NCBI RefSeq assembly: GCF_006345805.1
Contig: NC_042998.1
Location: 128,030,001-128,094,000 of the forward strand
Length of the DNA stretch: 64,000 bases
From: Octopus sinensis
Taxonomy: Eukaryota
Direction: 5' to 3'
The notes below the pieces were generated by a model that was not told where the DNA came from, ran no database searches, and saw nothing but the letters and a program-made list of their open reading frames with translations. This document shows positions 12,400 through 23,017 of this stretch, in pieces (position 1 is the stretch's first letter; the number at the start of each line of letters is the position of its first letter). The position numbers and the translations under genes were made by a program.

Positions 12400-12616
12400 G
12401 GCGGTGAGCTGGCAGATACGTTAGCACGATGGGCAAAATGCTTAGCGGTATTCCGTCTGTCTTTATGTTCTGAGTTCAAATTCCGCCGAGGTCGACTTTG
12501 CCTTTCATCCTTTCCGGGATCGATAAATTAAGTACCAGTTGCGTACTGGTGTTGATCTAATCGACTGGCCCCATCCCTCAAAATTTCAGGACTTGTTCCT
12601 AGAGTAGAAAGGATTA
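12400..12616 (+). mobile_element. Full-length tRNA-derived SINE (family A)
   Basis: ggcggtgagctggcaga head, B-box-like gagttcaaattcc, core ccgaggtcgactttgcctttcatcc and gataaattaagtaccagttg; collinear with 62609-62820. Confidence 0.9.
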
Positions 12617-12789
12617 TAAATATTTCTTACTACAAATCTATTTACATAGCTGCTTTGTAATATCCTAGTTCATCATTTCATAGTAAAGCTAGCGAAGTAT
12701 CTGTCAAGATGACGTGATTTTTCGATATCATAGTCTCATGAATGAGTCATCGTTGAGCAGCTCATACATGTAATCCATTTAAGCCATTG

Positions 12790-13683
12790 TTGACGATGAA
12801 GCGATTGAGCACAGAGCCGCTGTTAGTGGCTGAGTTAAAGCTAGAGAAGCAGATAAAAAGAGAACAGCATTTAATTAAATGTCCTCAGCAAGGTCAGATG
12901 ACCAAGTGGGAAGAAGAAATTATTGAAATGAAGGTAGGTTGGAATGAGACGCGCGGTAGAACACATCACGATTGAGATTCCTTCTGCAAGCCATCTATGA
13001 TGTTCTGCCGTTTTCCCGCATTCTGCTGAGATGGAAAATAACGAATGACTACAAATGTAGATGCGGAAAATTCGGCACGCTAAAGTATATTCTCTTTAAC
13101 TGCTCAATAGCGTTGGAAAGATAAACATAGAGACTCAATAAGTTCCTCTGAATTCTCTGTAGCACCGCTTAGAAGCAGATGGATATGGTCGATGATGGCA
13201 AGAAACCACAGAAGAATGGCAGTAAACGGTTTATCGCATTCGTTTATCAAGGTCGAGATGATCACCCAAACCAGGTGAAAGTTATGAATGACAAGAACTG
13301 GGGTGAAGTTTGGGAGATGGCAACAAATCTTATTGGATGTGAACGCTTTTTTCCAATACCAACAAGGAAGAAGCCGGATATGACAATATGGTTGAATAAA
13401 ATGTTTTACATAAAGACAATATAAACAAATACAGGTTGGGAAAGATGAGCGTTATGAGATGGTGCTGGAAGACTATACAGATGCTGGTTGAAATGCAGTA
13501 CACTTTCCTGTAGAAGTAGGATATAGGTATTTTACGGAAACCAGACTGAGGCGCTAGCTGTTATCAAGTGGTATTAAACATCGGCAAGCAAATACCATCT
13601 TGAAAGAGATTCAGGTGACAGAGTGAGCATGCCAATGGATATGGCTGAAAAAGAATAATGAAACCTGGCTGGAGAGGAGATAA
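12790..13683 (+). mobile_element. 3' fragment of an RLE-type (R2-group, Hero-like) non-LTR retrotransposon ORF, decayed
   Basis: QQGQMTKWE, FLLQAIYDVLP, CCHC-like knuckle CRCGKFGTLKYILFNC (13056-13103), endonuclease KKPDMTIW (PD at 13374), FPVEVG (13504) and C-terminal WIWLKK..W ending at TAA 13681-13683. Confidence 0.85.
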
Positions 13684-13721
13684 TCCCAAGATGTACTTGA
13701 GGTCGGATACTATTCAGTTGA

Positions 13722-13953
13722 ATCAGCTGTTGGAGATCTCACATAAGCGGTGGAGATCAGCTGGTGGAGGTCTCACATCAGCGGTGGAGATCAGCTGGTG
13801 GAGATCTCACATCAGCGGTGGAGATCAGCTGGTGGAGATCTCACATCAGCGATGGAGATCAGCTGGTGGAGATCTCACATCAGCGGTGGAGATCAGCTGG
13901 TGGAGATCTCACATTAGCGGTGGAGATCAGCTGGTGGAGATCTCACATTAGCG
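13722..13953. repeat. 34-bp minisatellite, about 6.8 copies
   Basis: Unit tggagatctcacatcagcggtggagatcagctgg, built from related 20-bp and 14-bp subunits that both begin tggagatc. Confidence 0.95.
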
Positions 13954-14024
13954 TTTCGTTCGCCAGATTTACAGCACACCGCTGTAAAGCTGACGCTGTA
14001 AAGCTGGCGAATGAAACGCTAATG
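13946..14024. other. 30-bp inverted repeat (hairpin) with 19-nt loop
   Basis: Left arm cattagcgtttcgttcgccagatttacagc (13946-13975) versus right arm gctgtaaagctggcgaatgaaacgctaatg (13995-14024): 28/30 complementary, and one of the two non-WC pairs is G-U on the + strand. Confidence 0.92.
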
Positions 14025-15134
14025 GCCCCTGAAACCTCCAGGCATGCATCCAGTATGACTTCTCACGTACAAGCACGTTGTTTCCAAGTATGTATTCAAC
14101 AATACAAAAGGGAACATCCAGAATGGCCCTATGCGTGTGTGTTTGTACATACGTGTGTGTGTAGGCGTGCGTGTAACTTCTTAATAACATGGAAAAGCTT
14201 AGGTGTAAATAGTATTTCAAGTCCACAATATAACAACGTAAAAGCAAAAAGAAAAAGCAATAGAAAATAAAGTCACTCACGATGCATGATATTTTAGCTT
14301 TATTCCCACACTCAATGAACGACCATTATTTATTGGTGAAATAAAAGTAAAAGATGCGAATGAAATTATCGATAAATGAAATACACAGAAAAATAAAGGG
14401 ATGAAGAAAACAGTGATGAGACATTTTGATTTTTCCTTACAAATAGACGATTGTGTCTCTTGAGAGGACCATGTAAGACATCTGACATTAATTGGAGATA
14501 ATAAATTTTGAAAAGAATTTTAATGAGAGCCTCATTATCTGACGCAAAGGTCTGTATGATTATAAAGCTATCAAAATGTCTCTTTAAATCTAATCGCGCA
14601 AGAAATTTTTATCAAAATTAACAGGGTTCTTGAAATCTGAAGATGACGTACTTGTGCAGAGGAACAGTGGAAGCTACAAAAAATTGTTTAATTACGATGT
14701 ATGTCTGTTATATTTCCCATCCTCGTCAATGATTTCGCTCAAATGTTCCAACCATCTTCTCTCCCTCCTCCAAACGCACACACTCTCTCTCTATCTTCTC
14801 CCCGCCCCTCTCCCCCTCTCTTTCTCTCTCTAATACAAGAGCTTTATATAGAATGCTTTTATTGTAACTTTGAAATCAATAAAGAGATAAACAATGAACG
14901 AACACCAAATACATTTTATATAGCCGAGACTTTTTGTTGAACAGTTTTGGCTGAGTAAAGTCAGTTTTTCTTTTCAAGATCAAATCTTATTTCAGCATTG
15001 AACAGCTGGAAACTATTTATAAAACCTAAATGAGTCGCGCAGTGGAGTAATGCTTTCACCAGAATTGTAATTTTTATTACATTTAAATACATGTATGGGC
15101 CTGACAAGATAAATTCGTTTATAATTTTATTTTC

Positions 15135-15480
15135 ATTCCTGTTGGACCCCTCTTATTTGTCCATGGCAGCTTGTTTTCAATTTGACAGCAATCATTTTGT
15201 TTACCTCCACCCCCAAGATGGAGCAATTGTTTAGCTGAGCTTAAAGAACACATTCAGTTAGCAATGAAAGAGCTAAGTCCTGAAATGCTTCAAAATGTGT
15301 TTCACAATGCTAAGGAGAGATTTGAAGTATGTAGGTATACAGACAAGTTAAAAGAATTCAATAAAAGTTTGACGTAAGATTTATAAATCTGTTTTGGTAA
15401 TAAATACAAAATTTTGTCAGTTTTTTTTTTAAATTGCCCAACTTCACGGAAACAGATAGTTAATTCAAGAACACTCTGTA
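15135..15480 (+). mobile_element. Tc1/mariner-superfamily relic, C-terminal part with right TIR-like end
   Basis: VGPLLF (15141), QDGA (15214-15225), LAELKEHIQLAMKELSPEMLQNVFHNAKERFEVC (15231) and terminal caagaacactctg|ta at 15480. Confidence 0.6.
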
Positions 15481-15615
15481 TGGTGTAGCGTTGTTAGTTG
15501 TTGCGTTGCTCAAGTAGATATTAAAATCAAAGATTTTCTCTTGCCATAAACATCCCATCTTTTTGTTAAGCAGATTGTATCAAGGACAATATTATCCAAA
15601 ATGTATCACTCCTTT

Positions 15616-15740
15616 ATAGGCATGGATGTGTGGTTGAGAAGTTTGCTTTCATACTATATCGCCTTAGGTTCAGTCCCACTGTGCGGCACATTGGGCAATT
15701 CTCTTTCATTACAGCTCCGTGCCGACCAAAGCCCTATGTA
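15616..15740 (+). mobile_element. 5' head of tRNA-derived SINE (family C), B box intact, 3'-truncated
   Basis: ggcatggatgtgtggttgagaagtttgctt...ggttcagtccc (15667-15677) actgtgcggcacattgggcaa...gccgaccaaagcc. Homologous to the right half of the 198-bp satellite monomer. Confidence 0.8.
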
Positions 15741-17424
15741 TTATATAATTGCTATTACTGTATTGATATATAAAATAACACACAACTCATTATTATCATA
15801 TAATAAACAAACTGAAGTTCGTGTATGAAATTGATCTTTTTTCTACTTCAGTTATTACATTTTTTTTTTCTTAGAAAATACATACATACAGGAGGATTAA
15901 ATCTCTATATATAATAACGCTTTGAATGTGGATGCTGACAAAGTGTGAAATTACCCGATCAACGACGAATATTACTGCTAGTAATACAATAAAAGATATT
16001 CTGGATAATGTAATGGTAGAATATGTCTGGTAAAATAAGAGATAAACATGTTTGGCAGTGGATTGGTAAAATTGTTACATTACTGTATGTATTTCGAATC
16101 TTTACATTCTAGGTTCATATTCTTCACCATATTGGTACCTCATCAATACAAGATTATTGCTTTCGTAGCCTTTATAAAGACCTGATTCAAAATAATGCAT
16201 AATTGATTGCTTTCGTTGGCAAACGGGCTTGTTTTTGTTATCGGTTGGGAGAAAATGGAACTGTGCATTTAGATTGAATTGAAATAGCTTCCAGCTGGAA
16301 TATTCAATATACAACAGTCTTCATTTCCCGGGCAATATTCGTTCGTTTTATCTTCATCAAACTACGCAAGAGGAAAAGGAAGAGCATGATGCAATAGAAT
16401 GAAAAGTAAATAAAAATAACAAATTTTCTCCCTTCTTTTATGTGTAAGCTGAAGCGATCTTCCTAAACAGAAATATAAGACGAATTTTGTTATATTAAAG
16501 TCAGCTATTATTTATTAACTACAATAATTTGTCCTTGAAACTTTCCGCTTCAAAAAGGCCATTATTCTTCAATATCATATTTATTTACCTTTTCTCTCCC
16601 CTCTTTGTTTATTTCCTTCTTCCTCTTTCATATCCTTCTTCTCTTCTATCATATGAACTCTGTTTAACAAAACTGAAGACAGGATATATGATACTGCAAT
16701 ACACAATTATGAAGAGTTTTCATTGAAAAATATTTATGAAATCATTTGCTTCACTAGGGAACTCAAAGCTAGCATTTATTTTTTTTACTCGTATTTTATT
16801 TATATATAAAAAAAACCTGAATGTAACCGAATTATCGAAACTTCTACCATTGAGTTAATTCTTCGACGCAAGACGAAAACATAATGGCATTGTTCTCTAA
16901 AGCAAAATAGAATCAGAAGGGGTCTCTAAGCAGTTGCATGGTCCTCTAGGAAACGCAGCGAAATTCCCTTCACACCATACTCTACAATTTAAAAAATGGA
17001 CACAATTTGGATATATTTTTGGAAAGTAAGATAAGATAGTCTACAGAATTAAGTTTCATCTAAACTAAAGAAAAGGTTCAGAAATAAACTTTATCGCACA
17101 ACGAAACAGTCGTCATTGTCTTAAAGTGGTATCAGAAAATGTGGACTATAATATAGAAAGAATTATTGTCAGACATTAAGAGAAAGGATTCACAAAGATG
17201 AAATACTCCACCACACCGACACTCACCTACAGGACGAAATAGATTAGATTGAAGGTATTTTCTCGGATTAGAGAAGGATCAGAGTATTCTACATTGTTCA
17301 TCCTCCCTGAACAATAATCTTTAATATTTCAATGCTATACACCTGCTTGGTATATCGTTACTTTATACGTCAATCATAATTCTATATTTTCTGTCTCTTC
17401 ATATATATCATAAATATACATATA

Positions 17425-17436
17425 TGTGTGTGTGTA

Positions 17437-17481
<45 letters not shown>

Positions 17482-17497
17482 GTGTGTGTGTGTGTGT
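17425..17497. repeat. (TG)n microsatellite
   Basis: Direct run. Confidence 0.97.
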
Positions 17498-18794
17498 ACA
17501 AGTAATTTTATGCTTGTTCATATCTATAACCTTATATGTTATTGCTTACACTGTACAGTAACGAAATTTAAGATAGCTATCAGTCTTGTAATTATCATGA
17601 AGGTGGCTGTCAATATCAATGAATAACTATACTTAATATATATTCAGACATCGTCATTTCCTGTCGCTTCTCCAAATTCCAGAATACAAGTAAGATTTAT
17701 TTATACTAGGTCTATTGCTTAGTGAAAAGAAATCAGTGTTATCAATATTATTTATTTTATCATTATTTATGATCATGTTTCCAACAGTTTTACGTGAGTT
17801 TCTTCTACACCACTCAATGTACTTATGTTTTCATGGGGTATTTTTAGCATTGTCATTGAGGGATGTAAATTTATGTTTATATGCAACAACCGTTCTGCTT
17901 TATTTTGTATAGGAATTCTTCTGTTGTGTAAAGTACATATTTAATCTAAGTTGTGTTATTGGCTGTAGAGTTGATGTGTGGCATTTGCTGTATGATAGGT
18001 ATTATATGATTTCAGTGTCAGGCGGTAATTGTACAGAACATATGATGCACGGGTGGCAAATATCAAACGTGTTGAATGTGAGCTGTGCCAGTGTTCTAGT
18101 GTAGGATATCGACTGTGTAAGATTTTTTTTTTCTTTTCCCATATTTTCAAGTACCAATGATATAGGGAACGTGTTGTGTGCAAACTGCACACTGTTTCAA
18201 TTGAGTCACTGAATTAATGGTGCCTTGTGTACAATGCTATCTGTGGTTAATGGAAATTTTGGTATACCTATATAGGATTGATTTGGGATAATTTCTACGA
18301 ATACCGAAATGTTTAGGGTAGTTTTTAGAGTAGAAACGGTTTGGGATAATCTCTACATAGAGAAATGCTTTCAGCCGGTACTTCCTGAAATGCGTGAAGC
18401 GAGACGAAACAGTCCCCATACAGTCAATTGTTCAACATAACCCTGTTATGTTGATCAGATATTATCGATGTAAAACGGATCAGGCTATGATCCGGTTCCA
18501 TCCTGAAAACGTAAGTAAAGATTTCCTCTATCTGATAGCTGTGACGAAATTGGTGGATGAAATTTATATTGCTAAATATGAATTTTCCTCTTCCGTGAAC
18601 TCATAAACTCCTCCCTCATAAACTTATCTTCTATGGTGAAATCCTTATAAACTTCTTAAGTGTGATTTCTCAGTCAAAAAAATAAGTACCTGACTTGTGT
18701 TGGTGTCAATTCAACCGATTATATATTTTCTCAACGCATTCTGTTCTTGTGTCAATGAATTAAAAAAAACTATTGCTGTTGTCAGTTGATATTG

Positions 18795-18975
18795 CTATTG
18801 TTGTTTAACCTATGATCAGCAATGTGTCAATTATGGCAATTCTCTATGTTTCTCCACCAGGGATGATATCGTACAGTATCCATCCTTTATTTAAGAGAAT
18901 TGAATGTTATCTCAGTGAATGTTGACCACTTTCTCTAGCAGATCGCGCAACCAGCAGAGGCTCCCGTTGGTGGAG
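18795..18975 (-). repeat. Dispersed repeat (GCTAGAAATAGC-type family), eroded minus-strand copy
   Basis: Reverse complement ccaacgggagcctctgc...ctgctagagaaag matches ccaacgagcctctacg...gagaaatagc at 21786. Confidence 0.5.
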
Positions 18976-19405
18976 AACGTGGTTATTTATGTGTTTGCTA
19001 TGTTTATAACATTTCTTTATTAGTTTGGTTAATTTGTTTTTCGTTTTTGTCTTTTGTCTCTTCCTTTTCCTCTCACTCATAGTTTGTTGACATCTTGTTA
19101 CGCTAATTAGCAATGAGCTCTTGGTACGTCGAGGTTTGATGTTTTTATCTTTAATCTTGACATTTCTTAACACTCCAGTTGAGGTCTTTTTTTTTTCACC
19201 TCACAGTCACATACCAATATTTCCAACTTTTAATGGTGCTGTTTTGTATTGTGCTGTCTTTTGTTGCTGTTTTTGTTTCCATGTTCCAATTCTTAGTTTT
19301 TTATGTATTTTTCTAATTTCAAGTTATTGATATTGGAATGCTTTATTTTTTATTTTTTAGTCTTTTTTTATTACGTTATTATTTGTATTATTTGGTTAAT
19401 TTATT

Positions 19406-19550
19406 GATGTTGCTTTAGCAGATTCCGTTAGAGCATCATGTAAAATTAGCTACGCCTCCTTACGTTCCATGTTCAAATTCTGCTTAGGTCGACCTTGCCA
19501 TTCGACAGTCAAGGTCTGTTATCGATATAATCAATTGCTCACTCCTCGAA
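19406..19550 (+). mobile_element. Highly eroded SINE (family A)
   Basis: gcagattccgttagagcatc...gttcaaattctgcttaggtcgaccttgcc aligns with the 12400 copy. Confidence 0.55.
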
Positions 19551-21280
19551 ATAAATCATTATAATTATCATTGTTACTAGCTTCTGTTTTTGTTGTTTTT
19601 TTTTCCATATTTTCATTTCTCTTCTTGAAATAAAATTTCAAGATATAATTTTCTACAAACTCACTGTTTCTTTCTGGCATTCTTTCTCTCCGATTTTTTC
19701 TTCCCACTTTCGCTTACAGTTTTCTTTTGTATTTTCTCTGCGTCACATTTATTTTGATTTTTCACTCATATTATCAGCCCTATCATGTACTTAACTTCTC
19801 CATTTTCTTATATTTCCCTTTATACAGTGGTCGTTTATTTGTAGTTACCTTCTTCAGAATCTGTCGGTTCGTATTCAACCGTTGGTTCGACCCTGAAATG
19901 GTCTCCTTTGTAGCATTGCTCTACTCCACCGAGTTGAAAGTGGTGTCATCATTAATCCCAAAAATTACACAGAGCATTATATAATTATTAATGGCTTGCA
20001 TTGTTAAATTTAAATTCTCTTAATGTCACTTCAAACACTAATGTACAGCAACATTGTACAGTTTACCACTGCTTACTTATGCCATTAGATTGTCATCTAT
20101 CTGAAGAGGGGATTATTTTTATTAAATAATCTCTAATAATCTCTGAACTGTGATACTGAATAACAGAGTTAACTCTTTGCTTGTCCAAAGCATTTTCATA
20201 AGTATTGTCTTAACGTCCATGCTTCCTTTTCGACTTTTAAATAGACCTTGTTTCCTACGTTCTCAGTAATATAAAGTTTTCCTTTCGCAAATCCTAAGTT
20301 ACAGTAGTGAAAAACCCTGGGAATGTTTATCATGTGTGATGCATGGACGGGCGCCAGGGAAATATTTGTGACAGGCAAAGGATTAATAATCCCTAATACA
20401 GTATATTAATAAATGAATATATACTGTGAATACTATAAATGATGAGAGCAATTTGTAATAAGACAATATTTCCTTCACTTATAAGCACTGCTGATCTTGA
20501 TACTGTCATACATGTAGTCAAATAGACTTCGATGAAACTAGGGATGATCTGTGTTACAAATGGTAAATATAAAAACTTTACAAAGCAGAATAAGTAGGTT
20601 TTGTTTAGTACCCTTCGAGAGATTTTAACTTCTCTTGAAGTCATCTGTGTTAAACAGACGTTTATAAATACCGAGTAGTTGACTCAATTCATTGCTATTT
20701 CGCGAGATTACAAAATATTTCAACCAAATGAAACGTCCACATAACCCTGCTAGAAATAAAAATCAAATTTTCCTCAAATTATATTTTGACTCCTTAAAAA
20801 AATAAGAATATATCTAAGAAAACTAAAATTTTGATCCTAAGGTTTTTAGAACAGAGCTGCCCTGAAGCTAACCAACAGCATGTATAAGTAAATATAAATA
20901 TAAATATAAATAGATTATGGTATTTATCCTGAAATTCTTTTCCTGTTTTGGAATTAGTCATATTTGTCTTTCGATGACAGAAAGAAGTTCCACTCTTCAT
21001 ATAAAAGGCAGGTTCAATGAGCTGTCTGAAGAAAACATAACGATGCATGGCATCGTCTCTTTAAAAGAATGTTTTATTTAAGTTTGTGCATCAAAGACTT
21101 GAACATTATACACCGAGAACATGTGCTATTACTAAACAGAAATTAGTTTAATGCTTAACGTCACTTACAATACAGACTAATCGCGCCTCACTCAATTGAG
21201 AAATCAACTTTATACATCAAAGACATTACTTGATGTACTTCATAGATGAAGCCGCTGACACGCACAGAGACACATACACA

Positions 21281-21314
21281 CATACATACATACATACATA
21301 CATACATACATACA

Positions 21315-21345
<31 letters not shown>

Positions 21346-21379
21346 GTGTATATATATCTGGACATATAATGCACACATG

Positions 21380-21427
<48 letters not shown>
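21281..21427. repeat. Compound (CATA)n, (TA)n, (GA)n microsatellite
   Basis: Direct runs. Confidence 0.97.
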
Positions 21428-21785
21428 AAGGGAAGGAGGGAGAGAAAAAGAGAGAGATAGAGGGAGTGAGAGCAATGTAAATGGCAAATGATAAATCTAG
21501 ATTGCTTTCTAAAAGGTGATTATTGAAAATACTTCTCCTAGAGACAGAGAAAGGAAAATACATGAGAAGGAGTAATTAGATCAGATACGAGAACTGTTGT
21601 ATCTGATAGGTAAGATGACATGGGTTTGATGCACATGGAGATATAAAGTATCGAGGATACGTCTAATCCAAGATAGCATGGAAGATAAAAGAAGGTAAAA
21701 TGATGATGATGGGGGTCGGTGGTGGAGGTTGTGATGATGATACTATATCCCACAAGTTACGGCAGTCACCAGCATAATAAACCAA

Positions 21786-21955
21786 CCAACGAGCCTCTAC
21801 GCTGATAACGCTCGAGCTGAGAGAAATAGCAGACAAACTGCTCCCAAATCATAACGTAGTCGCAGATACAATGACTGGCTCAAAGGATTGAATGATGATA
21901 GCTGGAATGTTTTGATATTAGGTGTGCTTGATCGAGTATGATCAATAACTAAATA
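21786..21955 (+). repeat. Dispersed repeat (GCTAGAAATAGC-type family), plus-strand copy
   Basis: ccaacgagcctctacg..gagaaatagcagacaaactgctcccaaatc..gctggaatgttttgatattagg; homologous to the copies at 2150 and 18795. Confidence 0.55.
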
Positions 21956-21994
21956 GCATAGTTTAGTTATTGATTAGCTAAAAAATATTTTTCA

Positions 21995-22080
21995 GCTAAA
22001 GGTCGACTCTGCCTTCCATCTTTTCGGTGTCGATAAAATAAGTACTAATTGAACACTTGGATCGATGTAATTGACTTAAC
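21995..22080 (+). mobile_element. 3' half of SINE (family A)
   Basis: aggtcgactctgccttccatcttttcggtgtcgataaaataagtac...gatcgatgtaattgactt matches the core of 12400-12616. Confidence 0.65.
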
Positions 22081-22574
22081 TACTGGGTAACAGTATAAAA
22101 ACTGTACCCTCTGCCAAGCCATGTAGAGCCAGTGTAGTAGAGTGGGCTCAAGTTCAAATTTACGTCCGCCAAATCAAACCGTGGTTGGTGGAGAGAACAT
22201 ACTTAGGCCTTCGTCTTGCAGTTAACTGAACATAGGTAATCCAATCCAGTCCAGCTAAACAATATTCGCTAAACAATTTTGAATTAATATTCTTTAGCTC
22301 GATATTAGTGTTGAGCAAAACAACATAAATATTCCCACCGTCCACAATTACCATCAGAACTATCTTCAATACACTAAACAATAGCGGTTTTGTCGCAAGT
22401 ATTTTAATACATGTTCTAAATATGCTGAATCTAAATACCAAATCAAATCTTTTCTAACATGCTTGCTATTCTTGTAGCGCTATGTTCAGGTGTTTCCCTT
22501 ACTTAACATAATCACCGGATATTAATTAATATTACTATAATCAAATATTTAATACATATGGTGTATACATTGTC

Positions 22575-22804
22575 TAAAAGTTCCTGACTTTAGGGTGCTG
22601 AAACGTTCCTGACTTTAAGGGTGTCGCGAAAGGCCTGGTTGGAGGTCCAAGCTTCTGAGTTCTCTTATAGGGCTTAGAAAACCTGAAGAATCAATGCAAT
22701 AAGTGATTGAATCTGAGAGGGAAATATGGTGAATAAAACCATAATTAACTGATCCTCCTGTATTTTCTTTTACTTAAAATCAGCTTAAAAGCAATCCTTC
22801 ATAA
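22575..22804 (+). mobile_element. Non-autonomous mariner-derived element (MITE-like)
   Basis: Left end carries a duplicated TIR-like gttcctgacttta(a)ggg. The interior GLRKPEESMQ*VIESEREIW shifts to a mariner C-terminus-like GL..L....NK..NLRG.Y.E*. An eroded right TIR ends near 22804. The family assignment relies on a recalled octopus consensus. Confidence 0.7.
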
Positions 22805-23017
22805 CGGTATTCATTTCCTTTTTGTACCTATGGCACATAACGCAAACAAGAAAGAGTCAAATGACAAAATGAAATTATTTTTCCAACTGCATTTTCCTGG
22901 GGCCGCACTTACGTTACGTTTAGTTGTTTGGGGTTTTTTGGGGTTTTTTTCTTCTTTGTGAGCGGTAAAACAGGGTTAAGCATAATGACTACGGCCAGAA
23001 GAATTGGTCTACCTATA

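Noticed and set aside
13658-14270. ORFs with RWRSAGGDLT repeats
   Set aside because: Products of reading through the 34-bp minisatellite in rotating frames.
5846-20176. Palindromic acagagttaactct shared by 5845 and 20163
   Set aside because: One shared 14-mer is roughly expected by chance in ~28 kb of AT-rich non-satellite sequence.
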